From: a virus
Reading direction: 5' to 3' (one strand)
DNA: 64,000 bases
IMG/VR virus record: IMGVR_UViG_3300046512_000168
Location: 1 to 64,000 of that record
Each line of letters begins with the position of its first letter. Positions within the stretch are counted from its first letter, which is position 1. The notes under the pieces are model-generated. The model saw nothing but the letters and a program-made list of their open reading frames with translations. It ran no database searches and had not been told where the DNA came from. A program made the translations under genes and the position numbers. Shown here one piece after another: positions 41,719 through 52,585 of this stretch.

Positions 41719-44700
41719 ATGGCAAAGCGCCCAACTGACCTCGGCATCCGCACACCGGGCGGTCTGAATATCCGCACCACGCTCGGGCGCAATAACGTCC
41801 AGCCGCGCACCGCAAGCGGCGGGGGAGGCGGCAGTCCTCCTGGCGGCCCGCTGCAAACGCTCACGCTCGACAACGTCAATTTCTCCCAGTCTGCTATCCC
41901 TGGTACGCCCGTCGGCACCATTTCTGGCAAGACCTCTGGCACCAAGCTGGAACTTACCGGCACGGGCGGAAAGCTGATGCTGAATAGCAGCCGCAATCAG
42001 GTCGTTGTCGGCCTGCTGGCATCCAAGGCTGAAACGATCGCAGGCACGCTAACGGAATACAATGAAACAACTGGCGAGACCAAATCTACCAACGTCTCGT
42101 TCACGTGTGGCGGTCTTTCGGCTCTCACCCTCGGGCAGGCATCGCAGGTACCGGTTGCCGTCTGGTCAGTGGAGCGCCCGCCCGGCATTACCAGCGGCGT
42201 GACCAATGCCTTCATCATCCGCAACAGCGCCAACGCCCAAAGCACGCTCGTCTACGACAACACGACGGGCAAGTTGGTTATCACCGGCTTCCCCGGAACT
42301 GGCGACGGTGTTTCCTTCCATTGCACTCGCGTCTACGACACGTCCGGCGTCGCCCACGACCTGACCACGGCAGTCGGCCCGAAGCTCGTGTTCGAAGGCA
42401 ACTACGCGACCCTGGTCAACCTCCCAGGCCTCGTGGCTGCAGGGTCTGGCTTCACTCCGAATGACGTCCTCACCGAGGCAGGTACCAATGGCGTTTTGCT
42501 GGAAGACGGTGTTCGAGCCCAAATCCGCGTACTCACAGTAAGCGGTGGCGGCGGGACTGGCCCTATTGCCACTTACCAGATCGAACGAGCCGGCAAATAC
42601 TACTATGGCCCCGGCGGCACCAACGCAGGTAGCATCGCAGTCTCGTTCACGGGCGGCACCGGTACCGGCGCAACCTTCACCGTCCCGCTCACACCGGCCG
42701 CGACCAACACCTACACCAACGACAAGCTCGCTCTGGAGTTCGTCAACCTCGGCGGCACCAACCTGAAGTCCGCAGGCTTCTTGAATGTGGGCGGCACGAA
42801 CAACCTCGCTATCCTCGGCGTCGTTTCTCGCAAGGGTTACTCTGGCGGTGCGGTTAATCCACAGCCACGCCCAGGTGCCCCGACGACATCGGCAAAATCG
42901 GTGTTCATGGGTTACGGCACGCTGCCTACGCAAATCCTGGTGACCAGCTCGGCCATCTCTGCCCAAGGCGTCACGTCGCAGGCTGACCCGACGGGTTACC
43001 CTGCCAACTTCAATCGCGACAGCCTCATGGGTAAGACCATGTGCGCTTACGATCTGCCGGACGACCTGCCGATTGACGAGAGCGCGCCCGATCCGACCAA
43101 CGGCTATATCAACTTCTGGATCAATCAGCGTGGCGACAAACTCTCTGCAGGTGGAGACACGCGCAGGCATTATGCTGATCGGGACCATGGTGTTGCCGAA
43201 ACGCTCGCTGCCCCCATCACCCTAGGTGCTGCAGGTAACTCCGGTGCGCAGTTCAATGGGCGCTTCAAGGAGGTAATCATCTTCCAGTCGGCCACTCCGA
43301 TGACGAACGATGAGGTCCAGCGTCTCAGTATCGGACAACGTAATCGCTTCGGCCTTACCGCCGATACGATCTGCCGCGACCGCTTCGCGATCCTATACCT
43401 CGGCCAATCCAACGCCGTGTCACACCTGTCGCACACCACATCCGGCGACAACGTGGACGCCACGACGATGTCTGCTCAGCGCCGTATCGCCGCCAAGATC
43501 GTCGAAGGCCTCGGCACCACTGCCGATCGCGTGACTTTTGGCCTGGCTGCACGTTCATGTGTGGGCGGTACCTGGATGTTGAAGCACGGCAAGGCCGGCG
43601 TCGACCCAGATAATCCGACTTCTTGGTGGAACGAGGATATCGACGATTGGGGTCAGCTCGCTCTCGGCCTTGCCATGTCGAGCCCTGATGTCGCCAAGGT
43701 CTCGAACAACCCTGTCCCCGGCTCAGGCTACGCAGTCAACGATCTTGTGTCGCCCCCAGGTGGCACGCTGATCTCAGGCGGCGAGGCTACCCAGCTTCGC
43801 GTGACGGCGATCGACGGCAACGGCGGTATCGTCACAGTCGCCCTGGTCAAGGCAGGCGCATACAGCGTCGCGCCGACGGTACCGTTCACTCCGGTCGGAG
43901 GCTCCGGTACCGGAGCATCTCTGACAGGCACGTATTCGGGCGGACTTGTGCCGTACCTGGATGTAGTCAAGCAGTTCAGGAACCGCCGTCTTATTATCAT
44001 CCACGCACAGGGCGAGGCGGACTCCGCCAACTCGCTCGATGACGCACTGCAGCTTCTGTGGGCGCAGAAGACATATCTGTTCCTCAATAAGGTTCGCATA
44101 TACTGCGGACAGCCTGACGCACCTATCATCATTCAGCCTCTGGCGCGCTATGGCGGAAGCCCTGGCAGCGATCGCAGGAACCGCGTCAACAATATGCGTC
44201 GTCTGCAGAACAGCTATCTCGGCGCGCAGTATAACGTCTTCATCGCTGCCGATACCGGTGTTGCAGCCCGTGCGGCCGGTGCGGGCGCAAGTGACGCTCC
44301 GCAGTTCGATGCGCACCTTGGCTCCATGTTCCTGCCGTACGGTTACAACCCGGCAACGGGCGGCCCAGAAGACGGCTACCAGAATGTCGGCTGGCGCAAC
44401 GCAAAGGCCGCCCTTCACGCCCTGAAGGTGGTTTACGGCCGCGACCTGACGCTGGCCGACGTCTGGCGTGGACCACGTATCGTTGCTGCGACCCGCGTCA
44501 GCGGTACAGTCTTCGACCTCGAAGTGCAGTTCCCTGTCGGTAGCGGAGGCAACGATCTAAGCTCGTTCTCCGGAACGATGAGCGGCATCCGTGCATGGAA
44601 CGGCTCAACGGAGTATTACCCGACAAGCATCGTGACACGGCAGGCGAATGGCAAGTTCTACCTGCGCTGCACGTTCGGTACGGCGCTTCCGGCAAACAGC

Positions 44701-44823
44701 AACATCGCGCACGAGCCGAACTATGCCGGTGGCGAATACGCGGCACCCGTGCGCAACCATATTGTCGACAACAATGCCGAGATCGCCATGCCGCTTGAAG
44801 CGTCCCCGGCGCTGGCGGCATAA
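41719..44823 (+). CDS. Large probable virion-associated protein with lectin-like domain and SGNH/acetylesterase (SASA-type) domain
   Basis: Gly/Thr-rich; GQSN (about 43402), QGEAD (about 44008), DxH near the C-terminus; ACAGGAG RBS. Confidence 0.7.
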   Translation: MAKRPTDLGIRTPGGLNIRTTLGRNNVQPRTASGGGGGSPPGGPLQTLTLDNVNFSQSAIPGTPVGTISGKTSGTKLELTGTGGKLMLNSSRNQVVVGLLASKAETIAGTLTEYNETTGETKSTNVSFTCGGLSALTLGQASQVPVAVWSVERPPGITSGVTNAFIIRNSANAQSTLVYDNTTGKLVITGFPGTGDGVSFHCTRVYDTSGVAHDLTTAVGPKLVFEGNYATLVNLPGLVAAGSGFTPNDVLTEAGTNGVLLEDGVRAQIRVLTVSGGGGTGPIATYQIERAGKYYYGPGGTNAGSIAVSFTGGTGTGATFTVPLTPAATNTYTNDKLALEFVNLGGTNLKSAGFLNVGGTNNLAILGVVSRKGYSGGAVNPQPRPGAPTTSAKSVFMGYGTLPTQILVTSSAISAQGVTSQADPTGYPANFNRDSLMGKTMCAYDLPDDLPIDESAPDPTNGYINFWINQRGDKLSAGGDTRRHYADRDHGVAETLAAPITLGAAGNSGAQFNGRFKEVIIFQSATPMTNDEVQRLSIGQRNRFGLTADTICRDRFAILYLGQSNAVSHLSHTTSGDNVDATTMSAQRRIAAKIVEGLGTTADRVTFGLAARSCVGGTWMLKHGKAGVDPDNPTSWWNEDIDDWGQLALGLAMSSPDVAKVSNNPVPGSGYAVNDLVSPPGGTLISGGEATQLRVTAIDGNGGIVTVALVKAGAYSVAPTVPFTPVGGSGTGASLTGTYSGGLVPYLDVVKQFRNRRLIIIHAQGEADSANSLDDALQLLWAQKTYLFLNKVRIYCGQPDAPIIIQPLARYGGSPGSDRRNRVNNMRRLQNSYLGAQYNVFIAADTGVAARAAGAGASDAPQFDAHLGSMFLPYGYNPATGGPEDGYQNVGWRNAKAALHALKVVYGRDLTLADVWRGPRIVAATRVSGTVFDLEVQFPVGSGGNDLSSFSGTMSGIRAWNGSTEYYPTSIVTRQANGKFYLRCTFGTALPANSNIAHEPNYAGGEYAAPVRNHIVDNNAEIAMPLEASPALAA

Positions 44824-45147
44824 GGAGATCAATCATGACAGGCCAAGATACTCTCGACGCATTTCGTGGGCGACTACGAGCACTAAAGGAGGCTGGTGAA
44901 GGCCAGCTTTCCGCAGGCATAGCGAAAGCCGAGACGGTCGCTCAGCTCCTGCTCGATCCGGACCTGACACCGGAAATAGCGGAAGTCGCGACCTACCGCA
45001 TCATGGAGGAAGAAGGCTTCGCATAATCCGGCGCTCCCAATAAGGGCGGGCGCTTCGGCGCCCGCTTTACGTTGCAACGCGTTGCAACACCTACAGATGT
45101 AAGATATAAAACCGTAAATCTTTCACGCCAAGCAGAGGATTAAGCCC

Positions 45148-45474
45148 ATGGCCACCACATTCGTCGGAGTTCACATCGTCTGCGCTTTCGCGGGCGCAAA
45201 CCAGAACCAGCTCGATATCCTGCGCAAGCCCATCTGGTCGGACGCCCAGTCCGTCGCCGGCCCAACGCAGAACACGGCACCTGCAGCCAACCCGAAATAC
45301 GGCGAGCCGACGATCAAGGTCCGCGCCATCGGGCTTGATGCCTGGGTCACTGTCGGCGCTTCCCCGGATGATCCGACCAGCAACAATTCCGCTCGCGAAT
45401 TCGTCGAGGCCGGTACGGAGAAGCTCTTCGCCGTCGACCAGAACGACAAGGTCCGCTGGGCTCCCGCCACGTAA
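45148..45474 (+). CDS. Small beta-rich probable virion protein
   Basis: GAGG RBS; TTGCAA-N17-TATAAA promoter upstream. Confidence 0.6.
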   Translation: MATTFVGVHIVCAFAGANQNQLDILRKPIWSDAQSVAGPTQNTAPAANPKYGEPTIKVRAIGLDAWVTVGASPDDPTSNNSAREFVEAGTEKLFAVDQNDKVRWAPAT

Positions 45475-45503
45475 TTGAAACCAGTTGCAAATAGGAGAGC
45501 GCC

Positions 45504-45854
45504 ATGCCCACGCTTCGCATCGAGTTTATCAAAGGCAGCGAGCTGCAGTCTGGTGTGCCAGGCATCGCTGACGCACGCGTCCGCAAGGAAAGCGAAATCG
45601 CCATTGGTGCATCCGCAACCGTGGTAGGCTCGCAACCAGACGCTCCGGCCGACTGCAGCCACGCTGTTCTCTTCGCCGTCGGCGGAGCATGTTACGTCGA
45701 CTGGGATGGTCAAAAAGGCCTGACCAGCGGCAACCCGACGCCTGCCGATCCGACCACAGGAAAGCGCATCTACGTACCGGCGGGCGGCATGCGCACGGTG
45801 ACCAGTTTCAAGACTGGCGCCAAATTCTCCTGCGTCCAGGCAGCACTGTCCTAA
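45504..45854 (+). CDS. Small beta-rich probable virion protein
   Basis: AGGAG RBS; size and composition similar to the upstream gene. Confidence 0.6.
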   Translation: MPTLRIEFIKGSELQSGVPGIADARVRKESEIAIGASATVVGSQPDAPADCSHAVLFAVGGACYVDWDGQKGLTSGNPTPADPTTGKRIYVPAGGMRTVTSFKTGAKFSCVQAALS

Positions 45855-45934
45855 GCAAATCTACCTAGATGCTTGAAGCCCGCAGTCTATAAATGTAGGT
45901 TGCGGGCGTCGTTCATTGTAGAAGGAACCGAGCC

Positions 45935-46318
45935 ATGAAGCTCATCGCTGGACTAGTCCTAACCCTCACTGTCGTCATCACCGCGCTCCTGCTGGTCGCT
46001 GTCGTCTACTGCACGCCTGCCTCTGCCGCAGAAACCAACGCCTCCTGGTACGGCTACGAGACCTGCCAAGCTCACCGCGCCTGCAAGACGGCCAATGGCG
46101 AGCACTTCAAGCCCGCAGGCCTCACAGCCGCACACAAGACGCTACCCTTCGGCACCCGCGTCAGGGTCACCAATCCGCATAATGGCCGATCTGTCATCGT
46201 CCGGGTTAACGACCGAGGCCCATTCGTTCGAGGCAGGGGGCTCGATCTGTCCCGTGGCGCGGCGCAAACGATTGGCATGTTGGGGACGCAGCGCGTCCAC
46301 TACACCGTCATAAAATAA
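45935..46318 (+). CDS. rlpA: RlpA-like (DPBB) lytic transglycosylase with N-terminal signal/anchor
   Basis: [39 protein letters not shown]. Confidence 0.92.
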   Translation: MKLIAGLVLTLTVVITALLLVAVVYCTPASAAETNASWYGYETCQAHRACKTANGEHFKPAGLTAAHKTLPFGTRVRVTNPHNGRSVIVRVNDRGPFVRGRGLDLSRGAAQTIGMLGTQRVHYTVIK

Positions 46319-46416
46319 TCACACGTGCTGCGTTGCAACGCGTTGCAAAATACCTTCCGCTCCTATAGCGTCCAAAGTTGTCGGCTACAGTTATTGCCGA
46401 CCGAAGCGAGGACCAA

Positions 46417-47157
46417 ATGGAGCGGAAGCGCCAGAAACCCCGCCGCAAGGCATCCCAGGAAGACCATTTCGAGGCTGCTGCCCTCGACGCGCAAGCCCGC
46501 CAGCAGCCCAGGCCGAAGAAGAACGGCGTCAAACCCTTCCGTCCACTCACCGAAGCCCAGGCTGATTACTCCGACGCGATCGACTTCGCGACATATACTT
46601 TCGGTGTCGGCCCGGCCGGTACGGGCAAGACCTATGTCGCCGCCTGCAAGGCCTGCGATCATCTCAAATCATCCGATCAGGCTCGTGTCATCCTGACCCG
46701 CCCAGTCATAGAAGCGGCCGGCGAAAAGCTCGGCTTCCTGCCAGGGACGCTTGCGGAGAAGTTCGGGCCATACCTGAAGCCCTTCATGCGCATCCTCATC
46801 GATCGCCTGGGTGAGAGCTTCGTCGAGACGCTGGTGCGCTACGAGCGTTTGCAGATGATCCCGCTGGCCTTCATGCGCGGTGAGAGCTACGCGGATACGC
46901 TGATCATCGCCGACGAGGCGCAGAATATGACGCCGCTGATGTTCAAACTCCTGCTCACGCGCATAGGCGAGGGGAGCCGCATGGTGATCGACGGCGACCC
47001 GACCCAGGTCGACCCCGGCGTGCAGAGCGGTCTGGAGGATGCGATCTATCGGCTGCGCTTGCGCAACGTCAAGAATGTCGAGGTGGTGCGCTTCACTAAA
47101 GCCGACATCGTCCGTCACGACATTATCCAGCACGTGCTCGAAGCCTACGAGGTGTAA
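46417..47157 (+). CDS. phoH: PhoH-like ATPase
   Basis: GPAGTGKT, LGFLPG, FMRG, DEAQN, LLTRIG, GDPTQVD, DIVRH. Confidence 0.95.
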   Translation: MERKRQKPRRKASQEDHFEAAALDAQARQQPRPKKNGVKPFRPLTEAQADYSDAIDFATYTFGVGPAGTGKTYVAACKACDHLKSSDQARVILTRPVIEAAGEKLGFLPGTLAEKFGPYLKPFMRILIDRLGESFVETLVRYERLQMIPLAFMRGESYADTLIIADEAQNMTPLMFKLLLTRIGEGSRMVIDGDPTQVDPGVQSGLEDAIYRLRLRNVKNVEVVRFTKADIVRHDIIQHVLEAYEV

Positions 47158-47463
47158 AATGGACATGCTCAAGGAAGTCTTCGTCATCGTCGTGTTCATC
47201 CTCGGCTATTATTTCGGCAACCACAACGCCACCAACATCAACGCCGTGCACGAGCTGTTCCGCAAACGGGAAGACCATGCCCGCCGCAACGCGCTCAAGA
47301 CGTTCAACGAGGGGCGATACGCCGGCATCTCCCACGGGCAGAGTGCCCTGAACGGATATCAGGCTGGGCAGAGCAGCGTATTAGACGGGGGAGGCGGCAT
47401 GGACGAAGACTACGACGGGTCCGCGCCTCTGCCGGACGACGATCCCCCCACCAAGCACTGACC

Positions 47464-47489
47464 GGCGGCCCTTCGGGGCCGTTTTCTTT
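47464..47489 (+). terminator. Intrinsic terminator
   Basis: cggccc-ttcg-gggccg followed by ttttctttt. Confidence 0.8.
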
Positions 47490-47587
47490 TGCAACGGGTT
47501 GCAACGGAAAGTTATTGACAAACACTTAGATATGTAGGATAACAAATATAGAAGTTTAGGCAGCGCCTTGAAGGAGACCACTGAATT

Positions 47588-48064
47588 ATGCGCTTCGTTC
47601 TCACCGGCCGGTGCACCGTCCAGGGCTCGTTTATCGAGCGGGACGGACTTACCCAGAACCTTTCTGACATCGGCGATCGCGTCGTCGACAGCTTCAACCA
47701 GGGCGCCGACGTCCTGGTAGCCTCCCGCACCGATACGCAGAAAGCCGTGCAGGCCCGTGCGCTCGGCAAGCCAGTCTGGACTTATGATCAGCTCTTTCGG
47801 TACTGGAGCCTGCGCAAGGACGGGCAGGGCGAGATCGCCGCACGCGAGGCCATCAGGGGCTCAGTTCTGCCCCGTGAGCCGGTCGCCGCACGGGTGCCCG
47901 TGACGCCGCAGGGCCGGTACGCGATGACCGCCAGGGAGGCTATCCGCGCCCGCTTAGAGCAGAACGCACGCGAGCTCCGCGCTGCGCAAGAGGCACCCAA
48001 GACGGTTGCGCCGCACCCCAGCGCTCACCCGCTGTCAAACGGCCGGAGGGCCATCGACCTGTGA
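47588..48064 (+). CDS. BRCT-like hypothetical protein ending GRRAIDL
   Basis: FVLTG...R..L...G..V......DVLV....K...ARALG..V pattern. Confidence 0.55.
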   Translation: MRFVLTGRCTVQGSFIERDGLTQNLSDIGDRVVDSFNQGADVLVASRTDTQKAVQARALGKPVWTYDQLFRYWSLRKDGQGEIAAREAIRGSVLPREPVAARVPVTPQGRYAMTAREAIRARLEQNARELRAAQEAPKTVAPHPSAHPLSNGRRAIDL

Positions 48065-48369
48065 AGACGCGCCTGCAGGTCGAGACGGAGAGGGACCTTC
48101 ACTCCGACACGCACGATTTCGTCATCCGTGTGAAGATGCCGCGATCGGCGCTGGAAGCACTGACGTCTTTTGAGCGGCAGATGATCGTGCAGGTCATCAA
48201 GAGCACGCGCAGCACCAATGCAGCCATCCTGGCCTATATCGCGGACTTCATCGCGCGGCTGGACGGGGAGGGTGAGGAGGCACCATATACGGGAGGCCGC
48301 ATCCTGGTCGACGAAACGTTGGTCGGGGGCAGGGCTCTCGATCTCGGGGACGAAAAAGAAAAGCTTTGA
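48061..48369 (+). CDS. Hypothetical protein with GRALDL near the C-terminus
   Basis: GTGA overlap. Confidence 0.6.
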   Translation: MKTRLQVETERDLHSDTHDFVIRVKMPRSALEALTSFERQMIVQVIKSTRSTNAAILAYIADFIARLDGEGEEAPYTGGRILVDETLVGGRALDLGDEKEKL

Positions 48370-48424
48370 CAAACACTTAGACATATGCAAGTATGATGTG
48401 CATATGAAGAACAGGAGCCACATT

Positions 48425-48628
48425 ATGGCACTTATGATTGGATCGCTCTACGACGCGCTGAAGGCAGCGGGAGCATCGGACGAAGCCGCCCGCAAGGCCG
48501 CCGAGGAAGTCGCAACCTATGACGGCAAGGTCCAGAAGACCGAGGGCGACCTGACGTTGCTCAAGTGGATGGTCGGCACGAATATCGCACTCACCATCGC
48601 CATTCTGTTCAAGGTGTTTTCGCCATGA
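48425..48628 (+). CDS. Small DUF1640-like coiled-coil/TM protein
   Basis: LYDALKAAGASDEAARKAAEEVA..LLKWMVG; AGGAG RBS. Confidence 0.7.
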   Translation: MALMIGSLYDALKAAGASDEAARKAAEEVATYDGKVQKTEGDLTLLKWMVGTNIALTIAILFKVFSP

Positions 48629-48915
48629 GCCATCTGGGCCAGGAAGCAGCGGCAACATCGCCGGAGATCGTAGAGCGAAAGCTCTGTATCGTGACCTACA
48701 CATTCGGGGCCAACGGTCCCTGGAATTACTTTTTCGAGCAGCCGCCGGAAGGTGTCAAATTCGTCCACATGGTCGGCGTGTATGTCGGTGAGACCGAACG
48801 GCATCACCTCGTTACGAGCGACTTTTGCTCGCTGGCGGACGGTAAAGTTATGTCCATACACCCAAAGCACTTCGACAAAGGTTCAGTGACTATCGAATTC
48901 CTATAGGAGGTTGCC

Positions 48916-49887
48916 ATGGGGCGGCAGTACAGAGATCGGCGGGACACCGCCAAGAACAGCGTCGCGGAGTGGTGCGGAAAGCATGTGGTGCGCGAGGAGC
49001 CGGTGCGCTCTTTCCGCTTCCACGACGTCAAGGTCAAGGCGTCCTACGACAAAGGTAGGAGCGACCTGCGGCCCGGCTTCATCGTCTATTCGCCAAAGGA
49101 AGGGGCTGGCTTTAGCTACACCTCCTTTTACGCGTTCACGCTGACCTGGACGCCAGGCCACATGACCATCGTCGGAGACCTCGGCGAGCTGACCATTGTC
49201 CACTACCACGCCATGCCGACCTTCGAGGAGGCGTGCAACTGGTTGCAAACCTCGGACTACGACTATCTGCTCGGCAAGGCCAATGTGCAGCGCGAGTTTG
49301 TGCGCGACGACACAATCGAAGACATCTGGCGCGTGATCTCCGAAGAGGCGCTGCAGGCTATCGAGGAAATCAATAAGGAAGTCGCCGGCTGGGAGAAGGA
49401 CAAGCCCAAATGGAACAAGCGCGCTGGCATGACGAAAGCCGAGTTTGACGACGAGATGGGTTATTGGGAGCGCAGCAGCCCGCGCAACGACTACCGCTTC
49501 GAAAGCGTCGATGCGCCCAGGGACCTCAATCGCAATCTGTGGCGCCAGCACGAGGTCGATGGCTGGCGGGTGCCGGATGGTTTTTACTGGGCCTTCCGCG
49601 CCTGGAAGGACCTGCGCCATAGCTTTCATTTCAACGGCACGGATGATCCGGGCGTGCTGATGACGGCCGACGGCATGGCAAGGTTGCGCCGAGCGCTCGA
49701 CGAACGCCTGGACGATCAGCTCGAAGACGAAATCGTTGGCTGGGTCTACCGCGATCTCGGCTACGATGATTATTCCCCCTGCCGTGAGTACCCGCAGCAG
49801 GCCTTCTTCCAGATCGCCGCGATGCAGCACGGCATCAATATGCTTCTTGCCCAGCAGCCACAAAAGAAGGAAAAATCAGCCGCGTAG
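48916..49887 (+). CDS. Hypothetical protein
   Basis: AGGAGG RBS; LTWTPGHMTIVGDLG..DYLLGK pattern. Confidence 0.7.
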   Translation: MGRQYRDRRDTAKNSVAEWCGKHVVREEPVRSFRFHDVKVKASYDKGRSDLRPGFIVYSPKEGAGFSYTSFYAFTLTWTPGHMTIVGDLGELTIVHYHAMPTFEEACNWLQTSDYDYLLGKANVQREFVRDDTIEDIWRVISEEALQAIEEINKEVAGWEKDKPKWNKRAGMTKAEFDDEMGYWERSSPRNDYRFESVDAPRDLNRNLWRQHEVDGWRVPDGFYWAFRAWKDLRHSFHFNGTDDPGVLMTADGMARLRRALDERLDDQLEDEIVGWVYRDLGYDDYSPCREYPQQAFFQIAAMQHGINMLLAQQPQKKEKSAA

Positions 49888-50898
49888 CTTCACGGCATCC
49901 GGTCCCACGACCGGATATCGGGCAGTTGCCCAGGTTAACCTCCCAAGGAAGGAATGAAACATGATCCGCAAGTTCTATGCTATCTGCGCCCTCTTCGCAT
50001 CCATCGCGGTTATCTCCGCGTTGTCCGTCGCTACGCCTGCATTTGCAGCCGGCGCTGGCACCTGCGAGAAGCCGATGAACGGCACCGAAGTCCAAAAGGG
50101 GCAGTGCAAGTTCTATCTGTCCCGCAACGAAGACACCCAGCAGAAGGCCCAGTTCGACAATAAGAGACAGCGCGAAGCCGCCAAGGCGGCCTCTCGTCCG
50201 GCACGGAAATAACACGGAGCTTTCCGGTTTCCTGCCCTTCAGTGGGGCAGGTTTCCCGAACGTTTCAAGCAGCTAATGAAAGGACAAGGCAGCATGAGAT
50301 CAGACAGTAGATCACGTATAGCCCTGATGGGCAGCGGCGCAGCGCTCGCCATCGCTATGATGGCCCCTATGCGCGCGGTCAGCGAGAGCATCATCACTGA
50401 GACAGAGGAAGTGCCGCGCGTGCGCACCGTCTCGCACCCGTACGACGAGGTCAAGGACGACGCCGATATGCGGGAATGGGCCACGAAGGTTGGCGCGCTG
50501 ACAGAGGCGCAGGCGCATATCTTCCGCGCCTTCAGGCAGGCCGGCGTCGGCCGTCAGGAGGCCTATGACCAGGCCCTGCAGATCGACCCGGCGCTGTCTC
50601 TGGACGACCTCCAGGCCACGGCCAAGCAGAACCTCATGGAGCGCGCGCCGCGCTATGCCGCAGCCGAGGCGAAGCGCCAGCGCAAGGCCGCCAAGCTTGC
50701 CCGCCAGGCCGCCGGCAATGAGCTGACCGACATCCTTGCTAAGGCGCAGCCTCTGTTCGGCCTCGAAGCGCAGGGGCACATCCCAACGATCGAGAAGATG
50801 CTTGCCGACGGCAAGACCTGGGCGGAGATCGGCGAAGCCATCCACTGGGACGGAGACACCGCTTGGGGATACTATGAGCGATATAAGGCGAGGGGCTG

Positions 50899-51594
50899 AT
50901 GGGAATTCGTATTAGACGCGCCATGGGCTGGGGTATGGAGTGGAATGCCTTTGAGGAGGCAACCACTCTCGACTGCCAGACGCACGAGACCTGGGATGCC
51001 GTCGACGAGGCCATGTGCAAGGCGACCGACGCCGACCTGACGATGACCATGAAGGAGCGAAAGGAGAGCTGGAATACGCGTGGTATCACCGTCGTCCACG
51101 ATAATCGTCTGCTGGCGCTCGACATGACATTCGACGACGAAAAGCCTTCTATGGCAGACGGTTACCGTCACCGTGTCGAGCCGAAGCTTGCCGTGGCTGA
51201 CGATCTCTGGACGACAGTCTGGAACGGCGACGACATCACGCACGTCATTTTCTGGCCGAACGCGCGGACGGCAAAGAAATGGTTCCGTCGCGACGACGAT
51301 CTCGACTACGCCTTCGAGGCGCAGCGCGACGGGTATGGAGGCGACCCTGCGGCGCGCGATTTCGTCCAGTTCATGAAATTCAATCCGTATCCATACTCGA
51401 ACTACATCATGGAGCCGGATAGCGGAAATCCGCTGGAATGGGTGGCCTTCTTCGAGCTCGATCGCGAATACGAGAAGACGGGTTGGGCACCGGCTCCGGC
51501 AACGGAGCTGCGCTGGTGGCTGCCGAAGCTCAGCATCCTTGATCTGGCTGGCGTCAACAAACTGCGCCCAATGATCGCGCAGTGGTGGTCCTGA
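50899..51594 (+). CDS. Hypothetical protein
   Basis: TGATG overlap; 231 aa. Confidence 0.65.
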   Translation: MGIRIRRAMGWGMEWNAFEEATTLDCQTHETWDAVDEAMCKATDADLTMTMKERKESWNTRGITVVHDNRLLALDMTFDDEKPSMADGYRHRVEPKLAVADDLWTTVWNGDDITHVIFWPNARTAKKWFRRDDDLDYAFEAQRDGYGGDPAARDFVQFMKFNPYPYSNYIMEPDSGNPLEWVAFFELDREYEKTGWAPAPATELRWWLPKLSILDLAGVNKLRPMIAQWWS

Positions 51595-52318
51595 TGAAGA
51601 AGTTCGGCTTCAAACTCAGCATCGACGCCCGCGTGTTCGTCGAAGCACCTGACGCAGAGACGGCTCGCGCCTGGCTGCAGGAAGAGCTGACGGCAGCGGT
51701 CGTGCAGACCCCGACGGAGCTGCCGAACCGCAAGAGGATCACGCTCGAAGTCGCGCTGCAGGGTGCGATAGGGAGGCTGTGATGCAGAACCAGATCATCA
51801 GAGCCCTCATCAATGGCCTGGCTTGGAACGTCACACGACGTTTGCCCGTATGGGTTTGCGTTGCTATCCTGGCGGCGCTTTATATTTTCGGAGGACACAA
51901 ATGAACTACGATTATACCTCAAAGCGCGACATGAGTGCGCTCGCGGACGAAATCCGTAACACGCCGAAGCTCCGCCGTTCGGTCTTCTATGCGGCCATCC
52001 TCGGCAACCAGATCATGCGCACGCGCTGGTCGCTACACGTGTCGGCATGGATCATCCGCAAGGCGCGCGGCTTGTCGAGAGCCGAGGCATGGTACCTCCT
52101 CCTGCAGAAGCTGCGAGACTTTGACCCCGACATGATGGCCGGCGCTATCACCGATCTCGCAGATCACGTGGAGAACGGCCACGACAAGGTCGACCCGAAA
52201 TCGGCGGCCGGTCTCAACGGCCCGGAGCTGACCATCGTGTTGCACGCCATGAGCGTCTGTGGCTGGCGTGATCCGCGCGCTGAAATGAACCCTGTTGCAA
52301 ACTTGAAGGAGGCATAAG

Positions 52319-52585
52319 ATGAAGACCATCCCGCAAATCCGCGCCCGCATGCATGAACTGGCCGACATCCTAAAGTGCAAGGAGCTGCACGAGCTGGCCG
52401 ACGCCACCAAGCGCCGCAAGCCGGTGCGTAGGGCTCCGCCTGTCCATGCCGTCGTCACGACCAAGCTCGCTCAGGAAGTCCGAGACTATGCCGCTCGCTA
52501 CCCGTCGGCACACCTGTCCGAGATCGGCTTGAAGTTCGACCTCAATCAAGGCAGGGTTTCAGAAATCTTGGCTGGAAAGCGTTAG
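52319..52585 (+). CDS. Small HTH protein
   Basis: LSEIGLKFDLNQGRVSEIL. Confidence 0.7.
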   Translation: MKTIPQIRARMHELADILKCKELHELADATKRRKPVRRAPPVHAVVTTKLAQEVRDYAARYPSAHLSEIGLKFDLNQGRVSEILAGKR

